Positions 1 through 11,089 of a stretch of 64,000 bases of DNA are shown in pieces. How positions within the stretch are numbered: the first letter of the stretch is position 1; every line of letters starts with the position of its first letter. The notes under the pieces were generated by a model. That model saw only the letters and a list, made by a program, of their open reading frames with translations. It was not told the origin of the DNA and did no database searches. The DNA comes from Lytechinus pictus. Taxonomy: Eukaryota. The position numbers were made by a program, and so were the translations under genes. The stretch covers positions 27,840,001 through 27,904,000 of the forward strand of contig NC_087251.1 of assembly GCF_037042905.1 (NCBI RefSeq). The letters run 5' to 3'.

Positions 1-80
1 GATAATAGTGCCCGGGCTGACCACCAGAAAAAATAAATGTAGAAAACCGAAAATGAGTAGGTCTAAAACGAATCGTAGGG

Positions 81-491
81 CAGCACACGACACTGGCACT
101 GGTCCGACGGTCCCAGACCAGTAAAAATAGCTGTCGGGCCAGTAACTTTTCAGAAATAGCCAGATTTACTGGTCCAACATGACCAGTAAAAAATATATAT
201 TTTCTCCTCTTTAGTATCTTAAAAAATGTCTTTCCAAAATTGAGAAATGGTTCGCATTAATTGTGTTGTGTGTGTATGTGTGTATTGTTTGTTAGTACGT
301 TTTTTTTTTGGGGGGGGGCAATAAAAACAATAAAAGACAGCAAAATAAACAAGTCTTTTTCATGTTTTTCTTTATTTTTCGGGACCAGTAAATTTTAGAT
401 TCGGACCAGTAAAATATTGAAAAACTGGGTATCTACTGGTCCAACTTGAACAGATTGGACCAGTAGAAAAAAGAGTTAGTGTGGAGCCCTG
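81..491. mobile_element. hAT-like non-autonomous element (MITE)
   Basis: Ends CAG...GTGGAGCCCTG, with multiple internal GGACCAGTA motifs. Flanked directly by CGTAGGG at 74-80 and 492-498 (TSD-like). Left TIR is degenerate. Confidence 0.55.
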
Positions 492-849
492 CGTAGGGAC
501 AGTGATTTTCCGTTTCAGAAAATCGTAAATTCCGTCTTAGCATGTCAGAAAACGGAAATTCCGTTTCCCCATAGACTTTGTGTACACGGAAAATTGGCAA
601 TTCCGTTTACCATTCAGTAGCAATATATCACTCGCGTTGGTCAAAATTTGTATCTGCCACCGTACCCACAACGCAGTAGAATCCGCTCTAATCGGATCTA
701 TGCGGGTACACAAAATATTTAGAAAAACACATTTGACACAAATACACCCTTACCTTTCACATTATTAGCATTATTTTTTTGTTAAATTAATTTTTATCGA
801 TAATTTTGGGGGTTTTTGGACATCGTTTCGACCAGTCAACGACTTTAGC

Positions 850-885
850 CTATCCGCCATTTTGAATTTCAAGACCGGAATATCG
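850..885. promoter_or_regulatory. Candidate promoter (YY1-like CCGCCATTTTG plus ETS-like ACCGGAA)
   Basis: Motif match only; no transcript evidence. Confidence 0.3.
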
Positions 886-1937
886 TGCTGTTACATCTTG
901 AAAAGTAGAGGGCAGCAACACACAACTGTGTTGTTTGCATGTGAATGTTTTCGACACGGCCGACTCGGCCCATTGAACTTGAATAAAGTTAAGTCCTTTC
1001 ATTATAGTATCAAATTCAACGTGTGGTGAGCTTGTTGTGTGTAATTTGGTGATTGAGGACACATTTTGTGATGTTGAGGAATGGACAACTACATGATCAC
1101 TTGTTTATGTTTTGCCTCATCCAAGCCACTTGTGGTTTTGTTCCCACTATTTCTGTAATGTATACTTCTGGGGCCCATTTCATAAAAAGTTGCTATAAAT
1201 TCTTTCGCAGCCAGAGGCTGAACTGTGGAATCTTTTACAAATAAAAAGTATAAACATTACGTAAACATCATAAATAATTACATAATTACACAATGCAAAA
1301 TGAAAATACTAATATGATATCCAAAAACTAACTATGAGTACAGGATATCATGCATTAAAAGAAAACAAATTAAGCACAGAGACTCAGAGTTTACCTTAGA
1401 GTGACATAGAGAAAGGGACAGGGACAGAGAGAGACAGTTACACAGAGGGAGAGAGAGAAACATGGACAGAGAGAAAGAGAAAAGGATCATGAGTAATTTT
1501 TTTAAATCTCCTTTGAAACAAAGGCTTGATTTTGTCCTTTTTAATCTACAGAAAGGTTCCACCAGTAATGTAGTGTTTCACAGCAAACTTACACATACAG
1601 AGTTGATACACTTTACAATTTGTCATGATACAATTTTTTCAATATGCATGTGATGACCACCTAAACTGCCATTTGACTACCTAAAGTTCAGTCCAGGGTG
1701 CCCAGCTGACTTCCAAAAATTCAAGTTAATCGAGAGGCCTGTATACTGTTTTCTCTCTCCTTGAAGGTTAGCAATCTTCATTCCATTTTTCTCATTCCTC
1801 TGGTTTCTCATTAGTGTGTCCTAAATCCATAGATTCGATGTTGCTTGTGCCTGACTGGTGCAATGATCCACTTTAACAGGTTTTGTTTTTCATCCTGCAG
1901 GAGGTCTTAATCCCCCTTCCCACTGGCATAGATGCTT

Positions 1938-1953
1938 CCAGTAGGTGGCGCCA
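1938..1953 (+). promoter_or_regulatory. CTCF-like motif CCAGTAGGTGGCGCCA at the transposon junction
   Basis: Close match to the bilaterian CTCF core consensus CCASYAGRKGGCRS. Binding not shown. Confidence 0.5.
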
Positions 1954-2009
1954 GTTTAGTCGCCGGCGACCCGACTTCTGCCGTCTTGATAAACATATTA
2001 TTCACTGCA

Positions 2010-5000
2010 CTAGTTCTTCTTGGCTTCCTCCTTGTCAGCTTTCAACTTTGCTAGTCGCCGTTCTGACATCGCCTTCCATTCAGCCAAGGGTTGGTTCTGG
2101 GATATCTCGCAATACCAGCTGCCATAATATTGAGTGTGATTCTCTCGATCCCTTGGTTGATGACACTGGCTGCATACAATCGGACCTTTCCGGGGCTTGT
2201 AAACCTTGGTAGAAACCTGTCCTTCTAGTCGTTGCTGTGCCCTGCGCTTCCTGTATGAAAGGGTGGACTTCGGGAGTGATGAAGGTGGTGGTAGACTCGG
2301 TTGTGGTACACTGGGCTGCCAGGTAGGAGGTGTAGACTGGATAGACCGGAATCCAGGGACAGAGACTAGTTGGGGCAGGGGTGGACACATGGGTTGATGG
2401 TATGGCCATTACAGGAACAGGAAGCAGAACAAATGTTGGTTGTGCTATTGGTGCCTTCATCTTTGCCTGACCGACTGTGTTGGAAATCGTCGGAAACTGG
2501 AAGGGCCTTTGGATGGGAGGTGGTGGCAAGGCATGTGGTTTCTCCTTTGGTGGTGGGACAGATCGGTGGGCAGTCATGCTAGGTCTATGTGCTGAAGCTC
2601 CCATCTCCAATGCACTCTTCTCCTCTTCTTTAGATATTCGGTTATGCCTGTACATCGAATAAGAAAAGGATGAGAAAGAAAAATGCCATTAGACAGGCTG
2701 TATTTCATAGGGAGATAGATATTGCTAAAGATACAATCTATGGCTACATTTGAAATACTTTGTAATAACACAGATAAATTTTGTTACAAATAAAATTGTG
2801 ATGCCACTGAATTGCTATCCATGATTCCATATAATTCATTATATTTTAAATTGTCTTTGATTTCAAATCGCTGTATTATTCATATTCAGGGGAATGATGC
2901 CAGGTATGATTCATATACCATATTAATTATCTGTATGTTCCAAAGTATGGAAAAGAATTCAATTCAATAAAAGACATTTCCCAGTGCTCAAAATTTAACT
3001 CATCATACAATATTCTTACCATTGAATGAGGACATGTCGATTGATATCTAACAATTGTAGGCGGGTGTTGGATGTTATGTGGGTGGAGGCCAGGACCCTG
3101 CTTCGAATGTTCTTATAGTCATGGATGATAGTGGTCCACCTGGGAATGACTCTACCTTGGTGCCTCCGGTGCTCTGGGTAGTAGCTGCAGAGTTGACCGA
3201 TGACATACTCCATAACCCTGTTGGCATTGGGCACGGAGGCGGGTCCTGAGTTACTTCCAAGAAAGCATCTGTACGAGGGGAGGACAAAATATACAAAGAT
3301 AGAAAAATATATCAAGAAATCGTGTACAGCACACTTCAACTGCTGGTTGTATTGCTGTAAGTGAAAGTTATAAGGTGATTGATATAAACGAAGAACTGGA
3401 ATGTGATGAATGAAATCCATATCGGCGAGTTGAGAGATACTTCTTTGTTATTCTATTTCTTTGCAAAGTAGACAAGAAGGCTGCTCTTTATTGCATCATG
3501 ATAAATCACCCAGAAAAAATAATAGAGTAGAATGTACATACCTTTGAGTACTCTCTATGCCTGGGAGAACTAGAGATGTTCCTGTGGCTTTGAAGCGTCC
3601 TTTGGTGAGCTTCTCTTGGTGACGGGCCGGGCGTCTCACTTGTTGGTTGTATGGATCCAATTCGTTCCAAAGTTTCACGATCTGTTTGGCGTCCCCGGAG
3701 CTCATCAGATGATCGTCACCTTTGAGTTTGAGGAGGTAGTTACCCAGTGCTTTCACATGGTCGTAACCTGGTCTGCGACCTGTGTGCTCCTCCTGTAAAA
3801 GTAAAATTACAATAAAGAGGACAATGCATATGATGGGATTAACAAAAGAGAATTGCCTAATAGATAAACAATCTATGTCATTTTCAATTGCCATTCATTT
3901 AGCCATCCATTTATAAAATGTCTAGTGATTATAACAGGAACATCAAATAAAAAAAAAAAAAGGGAAACAAATGTTTTTTTTTCAAATGCAAAGTTTGTAT
4001 GTAATACCAGAAACATGATAACATCTTACAATAAATAACTTATTTAAGCCAACTTGTTCTGAATAAAGAAAACAATAACATGGATTCATTTCTTTCCCAT
4101 AGACACTTAAAATGAATCAATCATGCTTATTTCATTATATTTATTTGAAAAAAATATATGAATAAAATAAGCATTATAAAAATAAAAGTTATTTCTCTTA
4201 CGTCAGACTCTTCTCCAAGATCCACATCTTCGACATCCTTCACTTCTTCATCTCCAGCAAGTGTTCCACCATCCGGTGTGTCATCCCTGGGAGAATCAGG
4301 TGCCCGGGAGACAGTTGCTGGTGCTGTGGATGTTCTGTGAATTGAAGTTGGTGGTGGTGAATCTGGAGCACGTGATACTGTTGCCGGTGCCTTGGATGTG
4401 TGGGGTCTGCATCTGGTGGATGGAACCGGCAGTGATGATGATCTCTGTGATCTGTGTTTCTATGGTGTTGCTGTAGATAAAATGAGATAGAAGAAATAAA
4501 AATATTTTCTAATGTTGGGAAGTCACTCAGAAGATTTATTATTGGGTTTTTGCAGGTATATTGAATTGCTATTTAATCTAGCAATGAAGAATACATTGAT
4601 CAAAAAATTGTACAATATCGTACAAAGTAATAAAAAAAGTAAAAGATACAACATGTGTTTGGACTGCAACAACATCTGAGCAGCAGTGTAAGCTCCCAAT
4701 TGTCATGGGGTAAATTGTTGAAGTGAAGCTCGTAGTAATGACTCCCTGAAAATACAATCATTTTGTGCTTTTAAACATAAAAAGAAAAGAAAAGAAAAAT
4801 CGCTGAAAATATAGGAAATACTCACTGCTAACGTGCTGTGGTACTGGTTGCTCGCTTGACACGCTCGAGGCACGTCGGGATGAAGCAGGGCTTACTCCAA
4901 ACTCTGGGGGTGGCTGAGTCGGGTCCTCTACGTCCTCTCCTTCCCGACTTCCTACGTCCTCGCCATCATCTTCTACCTCCCCTTCATCAGGATGCATGGG

Positions 5001-8000
5001 AAGTAGCTCCTCGTTAGTCTGGTTGAAGAGATATTCGAGGCCGATAAGCTCCCCTGTAACGAATAAATTGACAGAAAGAAAGGAATAGAGATCTAGATAA
5101 ATTTTGATCAGCTGGAATTAAAATTGAGAGAACAAACAAAATAGTTCATTTCATCAGTTCATTTCATTTTATATCACATAAACGTTTCTACATTATATTG
5201 ACATACCTCATAGACCATTAGGAGTCATATATGAATGGACTACAATAGAAAAGGCATTGGCATACCTGTGTATTTCTGGGGTGCAGTCAGAGTAGGGTTG
5301 ATCTTAAGTGCGAACAGCTTCTCGGTCAACCGGTTGACATCAAACTCATTGTAGGTGCCATGCGTGAGAAGGCGCAGTGGCAGCTTCAGCATCCCTTGCA
5401 CGATCGCAGTTCCATCTATGTACCCCCTCAAGAAGGTAGGCCTGGAAGTGGACATTGTTGGCTGATGTCCCTGAAAAATGAAATGAACAAAGTATTTTGA
5501 ATGTATTATGAAATGTATCCATCCATCGCCGGTTACTTACAATACACAAATGGAATGTAGACAGAATCCTGTAGAAATAAAGATACTCCAAATAGTTACA
5601 TAGAGGTGAAGAATCAGCATGATCTGACATTGGCAGATTTCATTACACTTGTTTTACAACACACTTTAAGTGATATAAGACATGAACTTACCAGGGATGA
5701 ACTGGTTCATGTGAAGATGGAAGGACTCCAGCGATGTTGAACCTCCAGCACATCATCCCGATAATTTTCTTGTCACAAGCACCTCTGTAGCAAAAAGAAG
5801 AAATTTAGGAATCAGTATATCAGTGCAAATTTCCATCTGTCATAGGGTTTGGAAATATTGCATTTCAAATTACAACCCAGCATGCACCATTTCTATCTGA
5901 AAAGCACTATAGGTTGCAATGAAGTAAAGTATGAGTAATTAAAATTGTATTTATATTGCGCTTAACATGATGTTTCTAAGCGCTTGACAAATAGCATACA
6001 TTAATGTAATTGAACATTTAACAAACAAATTAGGTTAGCAAAGGGCCTACATAAGTTAGGAAATACAAGATAATGATAATAATAAGTCAATGCATTTATT
6101 GATTAAATAGTTTGAATACAATAAGTTAAAGAAATAAATTATCAGAAATACAATGACAAATGACTTTTGTTAGAATAATAAAGCAATGCAAAAGCTATAC
6201 ATAAACAAGAAATACAGGAATATTCTTTGGATATTGACAAGATATTCACTAACCTGTATGTGAGCAACACCGGGAATTGCAGCCGGTGACCGGTGTCCAG
6301 TTGGTCTAAGATGAGCTTGCTCCAACTGATGAACTTCTTGTTACACTTTCTGCATTCCAGGTACTCAGCACCCATGTTGAAGAATCCATCAATGTCCATG
6401 ACCTGTCGCACACCGGTGTAGACACCGGCTGATAACAGCTCCTGACCATTGCATTCTTTGTTGGGACAAAGAATCTTCAATCCCCAAAGCTTGCGAGGCA
6501 TCCACATCAGCAGTTTGGTTGCAAAGTAACGTGCTTGCTTTGGAGCTTGGCCTTGAGCGAAATGTGGTTCACGTGGGTAGAACCAAAGTCTGTTGATCTT
6601 CTGCACGTCAAACTCAGGCTTCCCACGGGCAGACACCTTGAACAAAGCACGTGAAACCCACTGATGATCCTGACGTGGTAGTGTCTGCTTCCACCCTTCG
6701 GTCAGGAGGTTGGGTAGTCTCCTCCGTTTTTCTGGTCACTCGTCTGCAGTGTCGTGCAATCGAGCTCTTTCCAAGGTGCTTCAGGATGATCTCATCAGAA
6801 GTTTCAGCGATGCCTTGGTCCCTGAGTTCACCTCTCTTTTCAGCGATGAGTTGATCCAGGTCATCTGCGCTCCATGCAAAGATGCAGGCTGACAACCGTC
6901 TCAGAAAGAACGGGTAGAGTTGGTGCTCAGTGCTGGTGCATCCTCTAGCAAGCCTCGTCATGAAGTGCTAGACGTCGAGTCGGACAGGCATTTCTGTCCA
7001 CGTACAGAAGCTCTGGTCTAAGTTGGCCGGCTGCTTCATACCGTCTCTGGATGCCCTTGATCATCTCGTAGAGACCGGCTCCATCGCCAACAGTCATCAC
7101 GGACATCAGTACTTGTCCATACTCGTTGCCGATGTTGGTTGCCCAAGCAGCAGTCACTGCTGACTCGCCTCTCAGTTTCCTTGTGATCTGTGATGAAAAG
7201 ATAAATTTTAGAAATGGAATGAATTTCAAGTATCTTATACAATCGTACACATTTATATTACACAGAGAAACAAAGGAAGTAAAGAAACATTGATAAACAG
7301 GAATGAGATTACCATTATTAATCAAAGTCTTAATTGAAAGTCCTTAAAATGTAATGTTTTTGCTGTCAGTCACCACTTAAACCACACAAGCAAGAATAAA
7401 ATAATTCAATGCTTAAAAGTGATTGATTGTTATCAAATGTCCATCACCCATTTTCTTGAATTTTGAAATTATCCATTTTGTTACACATGATCACATTACA
7501 TCAAATGAAAAGCACATTCATGTTCACCTTCTTGGTCGAGTCCATCTTGAGAATACGGCCGAATGTAGATGTGATGCTAGCCTTCACTTCATCGATGCGC
7601 TCCAGCACATCGTTGCAGTACACCGTCAGGAGCCAACGATACGTGGGAAGAGAAGGCATTGCGGGCGGTGGTGGGCAGTTTGGTCAATTGATGAGGCCCC
7701 TTTCACTGGCATTGACGAACTCCTCAACCACAGAACAATAGTGGGCAGTCTTTGCAAGCCAAGCATCGGGGTGGACCTCTTTGAGCTTGCGGATTATCTG
7801 GAATGGTCCGTTGCCAAGTGTCCTGTCCCGCATCATCCCGATAATTTTCTTGTCACAAGCACCTCTGTAGCAAAAAGAAGAAATTTAGGAATCAGTATAT
7901 CAGTGCGAATTTCCATCTGTATAGGGTTTGGAAATATTGCATTTCAAATTACAACCCAGCATGCACCATTTCTATCTGAAAAGCACTATAGGTTGCAATG

Positions 8001-9345
8001 AAGTAAAGTATGAGTAATTAAAATTGTATTTATATTGCGCTTAACATGATATTTCTAAGCGCTTGACAAATAGCATACATTAATATAATTGAACATTTAA
8101 CAAACAAGAAAGGAAATGTAAAGTGTAAAGTATTATCATATTATAAATTAGGTTAGCAAAGGGCCTACTCAAGTTGGGAAATACAAGATAATGATAATAA
8201 TAAGTCAATGACGTTAATGAATTAAATAGTTTGAATACAATAAGTTAAAGAAATAAATTATCAGAAATACAATGACATATGAATTGTGTTAGAATAATAA
8301 AGCAATGCAAAAGCTATACATAAACAAGAAATAAAGGAATATTCTTTGGATATTGACAAGATATTCACTAACCTGTATGTGAGCAACACTGGGAATTGCA
8401 GCCGCTGACCGGTGTCCAGTTGGTCTAAGATGGGCTTGCTCCAACTGATGAACTTCTTGTTACACTTTCTGCATTCCAGGTACTCAGCACCCATGTTAAA
8501 GAATCCATCAATGTCCATGACCTGTCTCACACCAGTGTAGACACCGGCTGATAACAGCTCTGACCGTTGCATTCTTTGTTGGGACAAAGAATCTTAATCC
8601 CCAAAGCTTGCGAGGCATCCACATCAGCAGTTTGGTTGCAAAGTAACGTGCTGGCTTTGGAGCTTGGCCTTGAGCGAAATGTGGTTCACGTGGGTAGAAC
8701 CAAAGTCTGTTGATCTTCTGCATGTCAAACTCAGGCTTCCCACGGGCCGACACCTTGAACAAAGCATGTGAAACCCACTGATGATCCTGACGTGGTAGTG
8801 TCTGCTTCCACCTTCGGTCAGGAGGTACTCGGGGGGAAAAAAAGTCCAAAGAAAATTTTGACGAATATACAGATATTAATCTTTGAAAGAGATTCAAGTC
8901 ACATCATAATAATGTAACATGCTGGTACATTGGAAAATGAAATCAGAAGAATAAAGGAAAATAAAAATAAGGAAAACAATATTTTCTTCTAATAATGTAC
9001 ATGTTATGTTACAGTTATTACATTATCAAGCTACTTCTCTATGTAGGTGTCATCCAATCATTGTTCACACTAATTGCGCAAAAGTTCAATCCTAAATGGC
9101 AGGTGCAAGGGAAGACAGTCTCTACAATAAAAAAACATATGTATTTATTTCAATGCTTTCAAGGTATTCTCAATAATTATATCTAGTGTTGGACTTTATG
9201 AGATTGGTTGCAGTACATATATTTTTGCCATAAGTTGAATGTCCAGACAAGAATGAAAATGTACCATATTTACCTGTCTTATCTCCTTCATCTGCTACTG
9301 CTCTCTTGCAAGTTGAAGTCACTTTTCTTGATGTAGTGGCTTCTA
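2010..9345 (-). pseudogene. Dada-like transposase pseudogene (DUF6729-type CCCC finger, DDE/DxxH core, C-terminal CCHC finger)
   Basis: GT-AG exons 5'->3': ~9345-9274; 8827-8373 (WMPRKLW, CPNKEC..EYLECRKC); 7864-7528 (GACDKK..ILKMDSTKK); 7187-~6712 (TNIGNEYGQVL..LYVDR..RLDV*HFM); ~5752-5692 (GSTSLESFHLH); 5470-5266 (GTSANNVHFQAYLLEG..KYTG); 5053-4826 (ELIGLEYLF); 4470-4202; 3792-3542; 3268-3020; 2647-2010 (CSQC..H..YC). Putative catalytic D 7540-7542, D 6996-6998, E 5726-5728. Nonsense codons at 7684-7686, 6968-6970 and 4460-4462, plus several frameshifts. Confidence 0.85.
5750..6710. repeat. Internal duplicate of 7830-8825 within the transposon
   Basis: Near-identical sequence including the intron and the CCCC-finger exon (ORFs 6142-6645 vs 8261-8897). 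Confidence 0.95.
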
Positions 9346-9757
9346 GTGGGCACTCAAATTATATTTTGATGGGGGTGTGGCTGCCTCACAAAACCCTGAG
9401 GAACTGACAAGAGTAAAATACAGGGTCTTGGGAACTAAATATAGATCTACTCTATTCCAGGCAGCGTGAAAAACAGCGTCTACGTAACGGGATCGCGGTA
9501 CACTAGTGCTATGCATGTATGGGCGCTTACGGTGTTAAGCGGAGGGGGTTGTGAAGGCGAGCATACAGATCTCACTGGACAATTTTGGCAGGGCTAGGCC
9601 TGGGAACTGAGAGGTTTCGTAATGCCTAGGGGTCTTCCGACCGGGGCTGGACGGCATCTAATTAGAACTTTTGTCATTGATTATCTAGAGAACTGAAAAG
9701 GGGGCTCATTCAAAGCGGCCCATCCCCGTACCACCAATATATGTGAGTGCTCCCCGG
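9346..9757. mobile_element. MITE with degenerate GGGCACTCA..ATATT TIRs, interrupting a transposase exon
   Basis: Left end GGGCACTCAAATTATATTTT; right end reverse complement CCGGGGAGCACTCACATATATTGG. Confidence 0.55.
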
Positions 9758-9827
9758 TGGTTTAACTTAATAAGTCAACACGTCCCCCCCCCCCCCTCCC
9801 CCACCATCAAGACTAACGTTAGCCAGA

Positions 9828-9955
9828 GGCTACCTCAAGCGATGTTCGTGTAGGCTCCACTCCACTTCACTACCGCTACATACGTCTACACTCCACCTAG
9901 CGTGTAGCGGTAGTGAAGTGGAATGGAGCCTGCACGAACATCGTTTGAGGTAGCC
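9828..9955. mobile_element. 128-bp hairpin MITE
   Basis: ~53-bp inverted arms GGCTACCTCAA...TTGAGGTAGCC with AGA on both sides. Confidence 0.7.
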
Positions 9956-10539
9956 AGAGGCATGATACTTGAGAGGAGTAGATCTAACGAGTAACGTTAC
10001 TCAGTCAATTCACAGTCAAGCTAAATAAAGACAATCACCTACACACGCCTTCGACACAAATAATGATCTCGGGTAGATATTAATACATCACACACTTAAC
10101 ACTCAATACTTAATCACCGGATTTGGATTAGGCTCCACAGACTGTTACTAGTATTAACTAATCAATAATTCAATCAGAGTTCAAACCAGTTCAACTCATC
10201 ACCACACACGCGTGAAAATCGACCATTGTAATACACGTGAAAAACAATAGCTATCACTTGTCATTGCACTCCAACTGACAAACCGCGACAAACTCGTCAT
10301 ATTTTTCATCAAATTTTTCACTTAATGGTACATCAAAACATAACAAGAGTGATCAAAATTTCTGCATTAACAATCATATCAGCATTCAACACTAATATTG
10401 GCATGAGAAAAGGTAAAATTACCTGTCAAATTGATTGCAGAAGAAGGCCCGCAAAACTTTTGTTCGAAGTTCGAGAGATCTTCGTCAGAAAGCAAAATGC
10501 ATTAGTCGTGGCACATGATCTATGACGTTAAAAGCATCC

Positions 10540-10650
10540 TCTTATAGCAGACAATAGAGACAAAAAGATGCCGAATGGATGCCTTTGATTGGTCGGCTGG
10601 CCCATATCTTGTTCCATTTGTTGGGAAACGCGGCAACATCATTGGCTGCA
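10540..10650 (-). promoter_or_regulatory. Candidate transposon promoter (TATA-like CTATAAG and two CCAAT boxes on the - strand)
   Basis: ATTGG at ~10588 and ~10641 and CTTATAG at 10541. A - strand donor CAG|GTAA at 10423/10422 suggests a non-coding first exon. Confidence 0.4.
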
Positions 10651-11089
10651 GGTTCCAATAAAAATGAAAAAGATTGAGAGGTAGTAGGCGCAATGACTGG
10701 TATAGCTAGCTTGGTGACAAGTGTAATGTAAGTTGAGTGACACCTCAAGGCAGCTGCATTTTTTTTCACATGATGTCATTTAATATAGCTAGTTTCTTTT
10801 ATGTGCAAGCTTTGTATTGAAGGCAACAAATTATACTTGTTTCCAAGATCCAGTAATATATGAAGTTTTTTTTTCCTACTTTTATAATGGATTTGAATCT
10901 AATCCATAGCAGCGAGGTAAGATATATGCAGCAATTGTTGCACAGAACATCAGCTTTTCAAAGCATCATCAACAACAATGCCATTCATATGATATGATGA
11001 AATTACCAATCAATACCTTTGATGAATTTGAGAGTCTTTGTAACACTTAAAATCACTCACAACTCTCTTCTCTTTGTCTTTAATTTCAG

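Larger units (their letters stand above)
1954..10693 (-). mobile_element. Dada-superfamily-like DNA transposon, apparently full length but decayed
   Basis: Multi-exon DDE transposase on the - strand and no long TIRs. Imperfect direct repeats GTAGGTGGCGCCA (1941-1953) and GTAGTAGGCGCAA (10681-10693) bracket the coding region. The stop codon is ~57 bp from the left boundary, and promoter-like motifs lie just inside the right boundary. Confidence 0.75.

Noticed and set aside
1763..1773. GAAGGTTAGCA match to U6atac
   Set aside because: Only 11 nt; the flanks do not match.
1883..2662. + strand ORFs over the transposon
   Set aside because: Antisense shadows of the - strand transposase exons.
1927..10524. 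CATAGAT / ATCTATG as TIRs of the transposon
   Set aside because: Only 7 bp, no TSD, and would exclude the promoter-like region.
1900..10770. Reconstructed insertion target as a tRNA or snRNA gene
   Set aside because: GTGGCGCAATG resembles a tRNA A box and a T-run follows at ~10759, but there is no convincing B box or cloverleaf and no U1/U6 match. An Rfam search is still advised.
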